Shown here: positions 1-7,880 of the stretch, piece after piece | Numbering within the stretch: the first letter of the stretch is position 1 | Layout of the letters: each line of letters starts with the position of its first letter | Origin: a virus | Virus record (IMG/VR): IMGVR_UViG_3300009954_000001 | Span: 1-49,454 of that record | Reading direction: 5' to 3' (one strand) | DNA: 49,454 bases | Notes under the pieces: model-generated | What the model saw: the letters and a program-made list of their open reading frames with translations, nothing else | What the model was told of the DNA's origin: nothing | Databases searched by the model: none | Made by a program: the position numbers and the translations under genes

Positions 1-127
1 ACTTAAAGGCTGGTTTGCGCTTACGCCTGGCTTCACCGCCTACGATGCCGCAAAGTGGGCACAGCGCGCCGAGCGCGCGGCGCACGGCGACCGACAGGCC
101 ATCGCTCAGCTCGATGGGGCCGGCTTC
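1..127. repeat. Terminal redundancy, copy 1 (identical to 49328-49454)
   Basis: Read directly: acttaaaggctggtttgcgc...gatggggccggcttc is present at both window ends, 127/127 identical. An ORF reads through it, so it behaves as a circular-assembly overlap. Confidence 0.95.
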
Positions 128-145
128 GCCCTGGCGGTCCTCTGA
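1..145 (+). CDS. 3' part of a 75-aa hypothetical protein (5' part at 49245-49454)
   Basis: The frame opened by ATG 49245 continues through the repeat. The first full codon here starts at base 2 and the stop is TGA 143-145. Confidence 0.5.
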   Translation, partial: LKGWFALTPGFTAYDAAKWAQRAERAAHGDRQAIAQLDGAGFALAVL

Positions 146-302
146 CCCTCACGCCGCGTTGGGCAACACACGTGTGGCTTGCGCCTGACGGGCACCTGTT
201 ATGTGAGCGAGTCTGACATTGCTCAGATGCCCTTGACCGTCACACCTGAGCGCTTTAAGCAGCTCCACCGCTAAGCAGTGACACACATCACAACCTAACA
301 AT

Positions 303-332
303 TTGACAACCGCCTAGCACCGCTGCTAGGCT
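303..332 (+). promoter_or_regulatory. Candidate early promoter TTGACA-18-TAGGCT
   Basis: TTGACA at 303-308 and TAGGCT (TANNNT) at 327-332, intergenic, about 40 nt upstream of ATG 370. It shares the extended TTGACAAC box with sites at 1834, 4565 and 12075. Confidence 0.45.
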
Positions 333-369
333 GAAAGCACAAGCCAACCACAGAGAAAGCGAAAGCACC

Positions 370-663
370 ATGCGAGACACAATCCACGCGACAGTCACCA
401 AGTGGACCGAGTACCGTACCACTAGCGGGCGGTGGTCAAAGGTCCGACACGATGAAACCGAGAAAGATTTTAAGCCGCACAACCTGCGCAATTTCTTCGA
501 TGCAAAGTTCCCGGGTGAATGGCGCGGTTACGCATACACCATGCACGGATACCTACCCGTTAGTGTGACCGTCCCGTCGCCCGATGGAAGCGAACGCCGC
601 GTGTATCGTTTCGACTACTACACCGGCCAGCGTGAGGTCACTTCGTACACGTACGAAGACTAG
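370..663 (+). CDS. Hypothetical early protein (97 aa)
   Basis: ATG ORF preceded by a purine-rich gaaagcgaaag stretch. No recognisable motifs. Confidence 0.6.
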   Translation: MRDTIHATVTKWTEYRTTSGRWSKVRHDETEKDFKPHNLRNFFDAKFPGEWRGYAYTMHGYLPVSVTVPSPDGSERRVYRFDYYTGQREVTSYTYED

Positions 664-675
664 CCGTCTTCAACT

Positions 676-723
676 TCCACGCATCAATGGCGATAAAGCT
701 GGGTTCGATCCCCGGGCGTGGAA
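676..723 (+). ncRNA. Armless tRNA-like minihelix (acceptor stem + T-arm, no anticodon arm)
   Basis: tccacgc 676-682 pairs with gcgtgga 716-722 (7/7). The ctggg/cccgg stem closes T-loop TTCGATC 704-710. A723 sits at the discriminator position. Only 16 nt lie between the acceptor 5' strand and the T-arm. Confidence 0.35.
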
Positions 724-774
724 CGATGCGACACAAGTCGCACAAACCACCAACAAACCGGAAGGTTAATTAAC

Positions 775-1032
775 ATGGCACACACCTACAAGACGGACCC
801 CTGGCACGTCAAAGAAGCGCGCGGGGCGGCGTGGCATCCCACGCAGTTCGCCCGCGAACACTCGCCCTACACTAAGGCGCGCCGGGACCTGAGTAAGCGT
901 ATCCGCGCCCGTGAACGCCGCGAAATGGACCGCATCATGCGCGATATTGAAGCGTGGGAGGACTACTACCCTACGGGCGTGACGCTGCGAGAGTTCGCAA
1001 CCGATACCAACCGTGACGGTTGGCAGTACTGA
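775..1032 (+). CDS. Hypothetical protein (85 aa), Arg/Glu-rich
   Basis: ATG 775 with GGAAGG 10 nt upstream. The longer 718 start would overlap the structured element. Confidence 0.6.
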   Translation: MAHTYKTDPWHVKEARGAAWHPTQFAREHSPYTKARRDLSKRIRARERREMDRIMRDIEAWEDYYPTGVTLREFATDTNRDGWQY

Positions 1033-1092
1033 CCAATAACCGCTAGGGACGGGGGTTAACGCCCCCGCCCCCACACAGAAAGACTAGAGACA

Positions 1093-1467
1093 ATGGGTAT
1101 TCTCGAAAACATTGATAGCGCCGCATGGGACTTGGAACACGGGCGCATTGACAGCCTGTATCCAGTTAGCAACAACTTTACTATTGTTCCTGACTATGAT
1201 GGGAATATTGGTGAAACTAACTATAGTGTGTTTTCTTACACTACGCTAGTCGCACGTGTCATTTTGGACGACGACGATAGGGAGCCTTGCACGGTACTTG
1301 TTGAACAGGATGCGTTTCACCATTCCATTACTACTAGCCGACACTTGCGCCGTTTCTTGTCGGCAATGGTTGGCCGTGTTGACTTTAACGCACTTTACAA
1401 GGCGTGCGACCGTGAACGTGTTGACGGTAACAGAGTGCGCTTTATCAATGTTAGGGAGGTCGCCTAA
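1093..1467 (+). CDS. Hypothetical protein (124 aa)
   Basis: ATG ORF. Its stop overlaps the next start (TAATG). Confidence 0.65.
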   Translation: MGILENIDSAAWDLEHGRIDSLYPVSNNFTIVPDYDGNIGETNYSVFSYTTLVARVILDDDDREPCTVLVEQDAFHHSITTSRHLRRFLSAMVGRVDFNALYKACDRERVDGNRVRFINVREVA

Positions 1468-1829
1468 TGACTATCGAAAGTGCCTTGCAAGGTATCTACC
1501 CTAACCAGATCGTTGCTGAGCCTGTTCGCCTTGGTAGCAAGTTATATCTCACGATGAATCACAATGACCTAGCGCACAATTGGATTAGCTACTGGGTATC
1601 TAGGGAGGACACAAACGAAATTATCTTCAAGTTTAACCCTAGTGGCACTGTGTACGTATACAACGACGTTACGCTAACGCCACATGAGAAACGGGTCATT
1701 AGGAAGATTATCAGCATGTGGCGCGAACACATGCGCCCTGACTGGCAGACTTTCGAGAGTATGCGCGCGCATCCTGCGTGCATCGAGTCAGCCACAACCC
1801 TAGTGCCTGTAGTGCACAACACATTCTGA
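1467..1829 (+). CDS. Hypothetical protein (120 aa)
   Basis: ATG overlaps the upstream stop, suggesting translational coupling. Confidence 0.65.
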   Translation: MTIESALQGIYPNQIVAEPVRLGSKLYLTMNHNDLAHNWISYWVSREDTNEIIFKFNPSGTVYVYNDVTLTPHEKRVIRKIISMWREHMRPDWQTFESMRAHPACIESATTLVPVVHNTF

Positions 1830-1833
1830 CAAC

Positions 1834-1862
1834 TTGACAACAACCGATCAAAAACCTACACT
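1834..1862 (+). promoter_or_regulatory. Candidate promoter TTGACA-17-TACACT
   Basis: TTGACA 1834-1839 and TACACT 1857-1862, in the gap between 1829 and 1907. Confidence 0.45.
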
Positions 1863-1906
1863 AGAAGCATGGGCACAAGCCAACGACAGAAAGAGAGACA
1901 CAAATC

Positions 1907-2086
1907 ATGCGAATCAACAAGGACACTATGCAGGTTATCAAGGCCGCTACAGCCGCTAAGATCACATTTCGAAAGATGGGAGCCGACTACGGGGACAACC
2001 CTAGCGTGCTTGCCGCTATTGACGCGGTTGTGACTGCCCTTGACGGCCTGTCGGATGCGGTAGTTATGAGCGAGATCGAAGCGTGA
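1907..2086 (+). CDS. Hypothetical small protein (59 aa, below the ORF-track cutoff)
   Basis: ATG 1907 after agaaagagaga, in frame to TGA 2084-2086. It fills an otherwise empty + strand gap, and the listed antisense ORF 1856-2089 is less likely. Confidence 0.45.
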   Translation: MRINKDTMQVIKAATAAKITFRKMGADYGDNPSVLAAIDAVVTALDGLSDAVVMSEIEA

Positions 2087-2088
2087 CA

Positions 2089-2283
2089 ATGGAGCTGACT
2101 TGGGAGCAGATGGACTTTATTCGTATCGCGCTTGAAGCCCATATTGACGCGCTACGCAAGGATGCGGCGGCACTTGGTGAACCACTCGTTACCGAGACAA
2201 TTGAAGAACGCATTGACAAGATAGGACCCGTGTATGACGCACTAGTATCTGGTGACTGTGTTCTCATTCTGGAAGAATACTAG
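2089..2283 (+). CDS. Hypothetical acidic protein (64 aa)
   Basis: ATG 2089 (GTG 2083 is an alternative), abutting the previous stop. Confidence 0.55.
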   Translation: MELTWEQMDFIRIALEAHIDALRKDAAALGEPLVTETIEERIDKIGPVYDALVSGDCVLILEEY

Positions 2284-2298
2284 CCTAGTTAACTAGGC
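2283..2298. repeat. Perfect 16-bp palindrome GCCTAGTTAACTAGGC
   Basis: Read directly. It overlaps the stop codon of 2089-2283. A third AACTAGGC half-site lies at 2348-2355. Confidence 0.85.
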
Positions 2299-2299
2299 A

Positions 2300-2348
2300 T
2301 CCCTAGCCTGTCGGTAGGTAAATGCAGGTTCAACCCCTGCCTAGGGAA
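2300..2348 (+). ncRNA. Second armless tRNA-like minihelix
   Basis: tccctag 2300-2306 pairs with ctaggga 2341-2347 (7/7). The gcagg/cctgc stem closes T-loop TTCAACC 2329-2335. A2348 sits at the discriminator position. The internal segment is 17 nt (cct-gtcggt-agg hairpin plus taaat). Confidence 0.35.
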
Positions 2349-2396
2349 CTAGGCTAACCAAGGTGGTTAGCTTTCAACAACCGAGAGGTAGAAACC

Positions 2397-2861
2397 ATGT
2401 GCAATGAGTACGCATACCAGGTAGCTAAGGAACTCATCTACCCTGAACTCACTGTTGAGTTCGCTGCCGACGTTATCAATGGCTACGTTTACGGTAGTCA
2501 GATCTGGGACGAGGTTTGCACTCTGACCGGCGGTTGGTGCAATGACGCTAATGTGTTCCTCGCATGGGACAAAATGGGCCGTCCTGAGGAATGGGATTAC
2601 CTGCCTGGTGACTACGATCTGGAACGTGACCCGGCCCGTAGGCGCGCAATGGTCGCCAATGCCCGTATCTCTGCAATGGCCGAAACGGTGGCAGAAGCGC
2701 TGTACGATGTCGTTAATGAGACTGTCGTTAACGAGGGTTGGAAGTGCGTGCCCGCTAACGAGATTAACGAGGATATGCACGGCGTTGGTTGGCTTGAGGA
2801 AGGTTGCGACGCATTGGACGTTTACACCGAAAGTTACCTGTTTAAGCCTAACGGAAAGTGA
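2397..2861 (+). CDS. Hypothetical protein (154 aa)
   Basis: ATG ORF with gagaggtag upstream. Confidence 0.65.
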   Translation: MCNEYAYQVAKELIYPELTVEFAADVINGYVYGSQIWDEVCTLTGGWCNDANVFLAWDKMGRPEEWDYLPGDYDLERDPARRRAMVANARISAMAETVAEALYDVVNETVVNEGWKCVPANEINEDMHGVGWLEEGCDALDVYTESYLFKPNGK

Positions 2862-2869
2862 GAACTAAC

Positions 2870-3112
2870 ATGTTGCCTAATTGGTATGGTATCCCCGGTA
2901 TCGGCTTTGAGTGGCGTGGTTCCCAAAGTGACCCGATGTTGCATTACAAGGGGCATGTGTTTAACGCCCATGACATGCAAGATGGGTTGTGGGAGAACTA
3001 CCAGGAAGATCTGGAAACAGGGTATACGTCCCTTGAGTGGGAGGAATATGTCAGGGACAACGCAACTGACTACCTTGACGATGCACTATTTTTTGAGCGG
3101 GAGGAATGGTAA
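2870..3112 (+). CDS. Hypothetical protein (80 aa)
   Basis: ATG 2870 after gaaagtgag. GTG 2858 is an alternative start. Confidence 0.6.
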   Translation: MLPNWYGIPGIGFEWRGSQSDPMLHYKGHVFNAHDMQDGLWENYQEDLETGYTSLEWEEYVRDNATDYLDDALFFEREEW

Positions 3113-3114
3113 AC

Positions 3115-3495
3115 ATGTGGGAAGAATTGCTGAGCGTCATTAGTGACCGTTACTATCCGCTTGAATCCATGCAGGAACACACGGCAGGCTATATTGACCT
3201 TGACCAAGGTTGGGACCTAACACGTGTTAACCCTTGGTTTACTGAGCGCGGCTATGAGTTTGTGGGACTACTTGACCTGTTCTCTGAGAATGAGCCTAGC
3301 GGCGTGTACGTGAATGTTGACGGGTACGTATGGCGTTGTCGCACTAACGCCGCTGACAATAGCCTATATTGGTACTGGCAGTCAGACAACGAGGGCATTA
3401 CACTGGATGACTTTAAGTTCCTGCATGGATATGCGCACCAGTTTATCTGGGACAACGACACAAAGACATGTGAAGTAATCAACATGGCAGAATGA
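3115..3495 (+). CDS. Hypothetical protein (126 aa)
   Basis: ATG 3115 lies 10 nt after GGGAGGA. ATG 3106 is an alternative start. Confidence 0.6.
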   Translation: MWEELLSVISDRYYPLESMQEHTAGYIDLDQGWDLTRVNPWFTERGYEFVGLLDLFSENEPSGVYVNVDGYVWRCRTNAADNSLYWYWQSDNEGITLDDFKFLHGYAHQFIWDNDTKTCEVINMAE

Positions 3496-3544
3496 CTGCC
3501 AACCTGATAGACTAGAACCAACCAAGCGAAAGCGAGAAACAAAA

Positions 3545-4051
3545 ATGATCCAGACACAGTTTGCACACACTGTCACAATTCCCGATGAATGGGAGCATAA
3601 CGGACACACTTTACAAGTGTTTCAGGATGATTGGGCAGAGTGTCCTACACAGTGGCTTGCTAGCGCCGATGCACTGTGTGTCATTGGGGGTCCACATGGT
3701 TACATCCTGGATCACCCCGCCGAAACGGACTGCCCCGCTATGTGGGAATTTGACATCTTCCACAAGGAACATGGGCGTACGCCTACGCAGGAAGAATGGG
3801 AGAATCTTTGCCCTGACTATTGGGTATACGTTGGTTGGTATAGGATGGATACTGACCGTCTGTTTGCGGCCGCGTTCCGCAAGGATGCGTATCCTACTGA
3901 CCCTTGCGAGTCATGGGTGCATGAATACTCTCTTTGGGCCGATGGCTATGTGTGGTTTGTGTTGGACACAACTACAGATGACTCTCTGGCAGGTATCTAT
4001 GCCAAGTCCAAGGAAGACGCTATCAAGTACTACACCGAAAACTACATGTGA
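3545..4051 (+). CDS. Hypothetical protein (168 aa), Trp/Asp-rich
   Basis: ATG ORF. The overlapping 3561-4349 frame is rejected for its N-terminal part. Confidence 0.65.
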   Translation: MIQTQFAHTVTIPDEWEHNGHTLQVFQDDWAECPTQWLASADALCVIGGPHGYILDHPAETDCPAMWEFDIFHKEHGRTPTQEEWENLCPDYWVYVGWYRMDTDRLFAAAFRKDAYPTDPCESWVHEYSLWADGYVWFVLDTTTDDSLAGIYAKSKEDAIKYYTENYM

Positions 4052-4061
4052 GGAGAACAAC

Positions 4062-4349
4062 ATGATCGAAAATTGGGATACTAAGTTTTGTTTTACCGCC
4101 GATGAGCTGGGAGTTAGCAAGGATGAGTACGACTACGTGACACGTAGCGGCGACCTGCGTATCCGGGAAGACTTTGAGGCTATGGCCGCCGATGCCGTGG
4201 ATGAGCTGCATAAACCTATCACGGTGCTGGGTAGGACTCTCAAGGCGAGTGACATTGCCAGGGAGATGCTGAGCGATGACTGGGAGGTATACGTCAACGC
4301 TTGCATTGCACACCTAATCGCAATGGAAGAGATTAAGGAAGTCCGATAG
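4062..4349 (+). CDS. Hypothetical protein (95 aa)
   Basis: ATG 4062 after GAGGAGA. This is the C-terminal part of track ORF 3561-4349. Confidence 0.6.
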   Translation: MIENWDTKFCFTADELGVSKDEYDYVTRSGDLRIREDFEAMAADAVDELHKPITVLGRTLKASDIAREMLSDDWEVYVNACIAHLIAMEEIKEVR

Positions 4350-4453
4350 TGTTCGCGGTCGCCTACTACACCCTGTTCCTACTGGCTATCCTCGCCCCTG
4401 TCGGCGCATACTGTCACCACGCGGAACAACGGGACAACAAGCATGACGATTAG
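4349..4453 (+). CDS. Possible 34-aa single-TM peptide
   Basis: GTG overlaps the upstream stop (TAGTG). Translation is VFAVAYYTLFLLAILAPVGAYCHHAEQRDNKHDD. It is short, so uncertain. Confidence 0.3.
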   Translation: MFAVAYYTLFLLAILAPVGAYCHHAEQRDNKHDD

Positions 4454-4594
4454 CCTTGAAGAACTAATGAGCCTACCCATAGCACCTAAGCCGCTACCCG
4501 TTGTTATCCCGGCATGGGAGCTAGGTGTAAATTACGGCTTAGTGCATGGGCAAGACGATTACAATTGACAACAACAACGAAAGTGAGAACAACA

Positions 4595-4930
4595 ATGGAC
4601 ACTGAAAACCTCGTCAACAAGATTATCAAGCTCAACGCCGAGATTAGCGCCCTGACTGAAGCACGAGACGCGCTTAAGACTGAACTGTGCGCACAGTTCA
4701 ACGTGGGGGACAAGATTCAGGTCGGTGACACGCGCGTTACGTTCGCCGTGCGACAGACGATTAACGCTGCCGCTGTTGAAGCACTGCCCACGTTTAAGAA
4801 ACTGCCTAAGGCAGTCAGGGAGGCCGTCTACGACAAGCCAAAGCTCAACACGCGTAAGCTTGCGGCGCTTGATCTTATTGATCTGTCGCCCGCTACTACC
4901 GTATCGGACGTGTACGCGACTTTCCGATGA
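4595..4930 (+). CDS. Hypothetical protein (111 aa), coiled-coil N-terminus
   Basis: ATG 4595 after gaaagtgaga. The upstream extension to 4514 is basic and low-complexity. Confidence 0.6.
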   Translation: MDTENLVNKIIKLNAEISALTEARDALKTELCAQFNVGDKIQVGDTRVTFAVRQTINAAAVEALPTFKKLPKAVREAVYDKPKLNTRKLAALDLIDLSPATTVSDVYATFR

Positions 4931-5151
4931 ATTGGAAGCAATACGGGACGGGCGATATTGTCACTGTCGAACAGGTTGAAAATATCGCCCGTTCCCTGGA
5001 GGAACAGGAACTGCAAGAATATAGCACCATGTGGAACGAGGCGGTACGACAGATGCGCGCCGCCGAAATTATCCACAACAACCTCGGCGTGGGAGCCGAG
5101 GTAGAACTGCCTAATGGCATGTCAATTTATATCAAACGTGAAAGTGAGTAA
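4927..5151 (+). CDS. Hypothetical protein (74 aa)
   Basis: ATGA start/stop overlap with the upstream gene. Confidence 0.6.
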   Translation: MNWKQYGTGDIVTVEQVENIARSLEEQELQEYSTMWNEAVRQMRAAEIIHNNLGVGAEVELPNGMSIYIKRESE

Positions 5152-5156
5152 TCAAA

Positions 5157-5576
5157 ATGTTTGCATCTTACGTATTGGACGGCGTTTTCTGTTGGCACGA
5201 GGTTGAAGACGATGTGTTTAATGAACTTTATTGCGCTTGTGAGATTGGGCACTACCCGCGCGGTGGTGACTCTGAGTCTGATTACTACCGTGCATGGGAA
5301 TATTGGTCGAACAGTGACATGTTCTGGGAGTGGCTTACCGACAAGGCCAAGGAATATGGTTTTGTTGACTACGACAAGCAACCGCAAGACGGTACGTTTA
5401 TGTGGATTCAAGCTGAGGAAATGCTTGTTGTTCAACCTAGTGATTCTAAGGTAGAACTGCCTACCGAGGTTGTCGCTACGTTCGATAGGGACAGTCTGTA
5501 CGAAACGGAATACGCGGAGGGCATTGTCCAGGATGGTGTGTTCTACGCCACTGTTATTGCACGGGAGCTTGGCTAA
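5157..5576 (+). CDS. Hypothetical protein, paralog 1 of a tandem trio
   Basis: The C-terminal motif YAEGIVQDGVFYATV is shared with the next two genes. Confidence 0.65.
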   Translation: MFASYVLDGVFCWHEVEDDVFNELYCACEIGHYPRGGDSESDYYRAWEYWSNSDMFWEWLTDKAKEYGFVDYDKQPQDGTFMWIQAEEMLVVQPSDSKVELPTEVVATFDRDSLYETEYAEGIVQDGVFYATVIARELG

Positions 5577-5848
5577 TGAATATCAACTGGTCAAAGCCAC
5601 ACACAGTAGCATATCCAGAACAGGTAGAGGTTTGGCATGATGGGCTATTCAGATACCATGAAATCACGGGGCTTTACTGGGTGCCCGCTAACGAGGAAAT
5701 CGACTTTCAACCACTATATATTCTTGAAGCTCATGATTTTGACAGCTTTGAAGCTGCAACAGGAACTGTTAAGGATGGCTTGTTCTATGTCGAGTCATGC
5801 CGTTTTGAAGGGAGAGATTACCTTGCAGATGCCTTGGACAACAGTTGA
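5576..5848 (+). CDS. Hypothetical protein, paralog 2
   Basis: TAATG coupling. Carries motif ATGTVKDGLFYVES. Confidence 0.6.
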   Translation: MNINWSKPHTVAYPEQVEVWHDGLFRYHEITGLYWVPANEEIDFQPLYILEAHDFDSFEAATGTVKDGLFYVESCRFEGRDYLADALDNS

Positions 5849-6086
5849 AGCACTGACGAAAGACGGAAATGTCCCTTACGAGGGACAGGACTCTGGGTTT
5901 ATCTGGGAGGTGGAGAATGGGATCATTATGTGTGACCCTAACTATACTAGTGTGGACTTCCAGACTGAATACAAACTGACTGAGGAAGAAATTAAGACAC
6001 TCCCATATGCTGAGGGCATTGTTAACGATGGGGTATTTTATGTCGCATCAGCACTAATCGAAGGGAGCTTCTACAATGCAGACTGA
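5829..6086 (+). CDS. Hypothetical protein, paralog 3 (85 aa)
   Basis: ATG 5829 in the frame of track ORF 5637-6086. Carries motif YAEGIVNDGVFYVAS. Confidence 0.55.
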   Translation: MPWTTVEALTKDGNVPYEGQDSGFIWEVENGIIMCDPNYTSVDFQTEYKLTEEEIKTLPYAEGIVNDGVFYVASALIEGSFYNAD

Positions 6087-6432
6087 CATGGAACCTGATA
6101 TTGAAAAGATGACTAGAGAGTACAGTGACACTTGTGCATGGGCTGTCCGTCATGCCATTGATATGTTCACTATCCAGTGGGATACCGACACAAAGAATTA
6201 CCTGCGCGAACAGGGATATGACATTTGTACTGAACTGTACGAAGATAGTCTGATTATTTATGCATATGTCGCAAAGGACGATTACTACGGCCATATCAAG
6301 TATGAGGACGACAGTCTGAATGAGGCCATTCAGGAAGTGTTCGATAAGCTAGGGTTCCAAGTTGTGTTCAACGCAATGCTACGGCTTGGAATGGAAGACG
6401 TTAATCAGATCATTCATTGGAGGATTAAGTAA
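6076..6432 (+). CDS. Hypothetical protein (118 aa)
   Basis: ATG ORF that overlaps the previous gene by 11 nt. Confidence 0.6.
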   Translation: MQTDMEPDIEKMTREYSDTCAWAVRHAIDMFTIQWDTDTKNYLREQGYDICTELYEDSLIIYAYVAKDDYYGHIKYEDDSLNEAIQEVFDKLGFQVVFNAMLRLGMEDVNQIIHWRIK

Positions 6433-7848
6433 ATGACATTCAAGCCGCGCCATTACCAGGAACGTGTACTGGAAGGGCTGGCAAACTCTAAAACGCCGTA
6501 CACGGGCCTGGTAGGCGCGGGCCTCGGTACGGGCAAGACGGCAATTAGCGTGTGGAATGCACTTAACGCTTTCGGTAGTGCTATCGGGGAACAGATTATC
6601 CTCGTTGTCGCCCCTGTCCGTACCGAGTCTGGTTGGCGCTCGCACTGGAAGACGCTTGCGGGCATCGACATGCGCACGCTGTCTGGTAAGAAAACCAAGG
6701 CCGCGCTTGCAGTGTGGGACGATCTGGAAAACCATGTGCCCGGCGTGTACTTTATTACGTGGGAGCTTATGCGGTCCCGTAATAAGGAAAAGCGCTGGGA
6801 CGGTCGCGCCAAAAAATACGTCTTCAAGTCAATGGCTAAGCCGTTCTACGGTGTGAACTTTGGGATGGTTATTGCCGACGAATGGCACCGCGCGTGCAAC
6901 CACTCGTCGCTCAACTTTGACGTGGCACGCCACATTAAGTCTCAGTACCGCCTCGCACTGTCGGCAACGCCCGCTGGGAACAAACCCTGCAACATCTGGG
7001 CTGCACTGAAGTTCCTATGGCCTAACCACTACGGTGGATACTGGGACTTCTGTGAGAAGTTCTTTAAGGTGGAAGTCAATCCCTGGTCGGCCTATGGGAA
7101 AGATTTTTCGGGAGAGCGATCGCCCGGCATGGTCCGTCGTGGAGCGCCGTCCTATCACGATGTTTCACAGGCCGAGGCTAACCCTGAGCTGCCCGGCGTG
7201 ATCATCCACCGCGTGGAAGTCGAACTGTCCCGCGCGCAACGCAAGGCGTACGACGAACTGGAACAGAAGGCACTCACGTTCCTGGGAGAATACCCACTTG
7301 CACTGTCTATCCCGATGGAGCTTGACCTGCGTCTGCGACAGATGACGCTGGGAGTCCCCTCGTTTAACGAAGACGAGGCTGTCGATTACAAGGAAGACTG
7401 CAAGTCGTCCAAGCTGGACGCAATGATGGATATTATTGCGGACCTTCCTGAAGATGAGCCTGTCGTTGTGTGGGTGCATAGCCAGAAGTTCATTAAGGCG
7501 GCGCTGTACCGTCTGAAGAAAGCCGGTATTAAGGCCATTGAAGTCTCTGGCAAGTCGCGCGGTGACTTCCATGCCATGATCGACGGTGACGTGCGCGTCA
7601 CCGTCGCTCAACATGAGGCCATGTCAGAAGGGGTTGACGGACTTCAGCGAGTCTGTCATACTGAGATATGGCTGAGTCAGTCTAACAGCCTGGTGATTAA
7701 CGAACAGGCTACGGGACGGATTAACCGACAAGGTCAGACTACGGCTGTTAACCGTTTCCTGATTCAGGCGACTGACACGGTAGATGACCGTGTTCTGGGA
7801 CGCTTGCAGGAGCGTTTCGACAAGCTCAAGGCATCTGGCCTTATCTGA
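6433..7848 (+). CDS. SNF2-family (DExH) helicase
   Basis: Motif I GAGLGTGKT, motif II VIADEWHR, motif III LALSATP and motif VI GRINRQGQ. Confidence 0.85.
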   Translation: MTFKPRHYQERVLEGLANSKTPYTGLVGAGLGTGKTAISVWNALNAFGSAIGEQIILVVAPVRTESGWRSHWKTLAGIDMRTLSGKKTKAALAVWDDLENHVPGVYFITWELMRSRNKEKRWDGRAKKYVFKSMAKPFYGVNFGMVIADEWHRACNHSSLNFDVARHIKSQYRLALSATPAGNKPCNIWAALKFLWPNHYGGYWDFCEKFFKVEVNPWSAYGKDFSGERSPGMVRRGAPSYHDVSQAEANPELPGVIIHRVEVELSRAQRKAYDELEQKALTFLGEYPLALSIPMELDLRLRQMTLGVPSFNEDEAVDYKEDCKSSKLDAMMDIIADLPEDEPVVVWVHSQKFIKAALYRLKKAGIKAIEVSGKSRGDFHAMIDGDVRVTVAQHEAMSEGVDGLQRVCHTEIWLSQSNSLVINEQATGRINRQGQTTAVNRFLIQATDTVDDRVLGRLQERFDKLKASGLI

Positions 7849-7880
7849 AAACAAACAACAACAACTGAAGGGGGACTAAA

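Noticed and set aside
1-127. Direct terminal repeat as true virion DNA ends
   Set aside because: A coding frame runs uninterrupted through the repeat and across the junction. The repeat is exactly flush with both window ends, so an assembly overlap of a circular or permuted genome is more likely.
676-723. tRNA-like fragments as attP cores for integration into host tRNA genes
   Set aside because: No integrase, excision or immunity module was found in the genome. Both elements also carry the 5' acceptor strand, which an attP copy of a tRNA 3' half would not need. This cannot be fully excluded without the host genome.
584-769. 61-aa ORF, and the 718 start of ORF 718-1032
   Set aside because: Both cover the intergenic tRNA-like structure at 676-723 and lack an RBS. 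ATG 775 with GGAAGG is a better start for the downstream gene.
1046-1072. GC hairpin cgggggttaacgcccccg as a third tRNA-like element
   Set aside because: The loop is 6 nt and not T-loop-like, and no flanking acceptor-type pairing exists. It was kept only as a possible weak terminator after gene 775-1032.
3561-4349. 262-aa ORF spanning two genes
   Set aside because: The N-terminal 167 codons are out of frame over gene 3545-4051 and have odd composition. Only the part from ATG 4062, which has a GAGGAGA RBS, is accepted.
4467-4568. 33-aa ORF (MSLPIAPKPLPVVIPAWELGVNYGLVHGQDDYN)
   Set aside because: It has no convincing RBS, is very short, and overlaps the TTGACAAC box at 4565. It was left unannotated.
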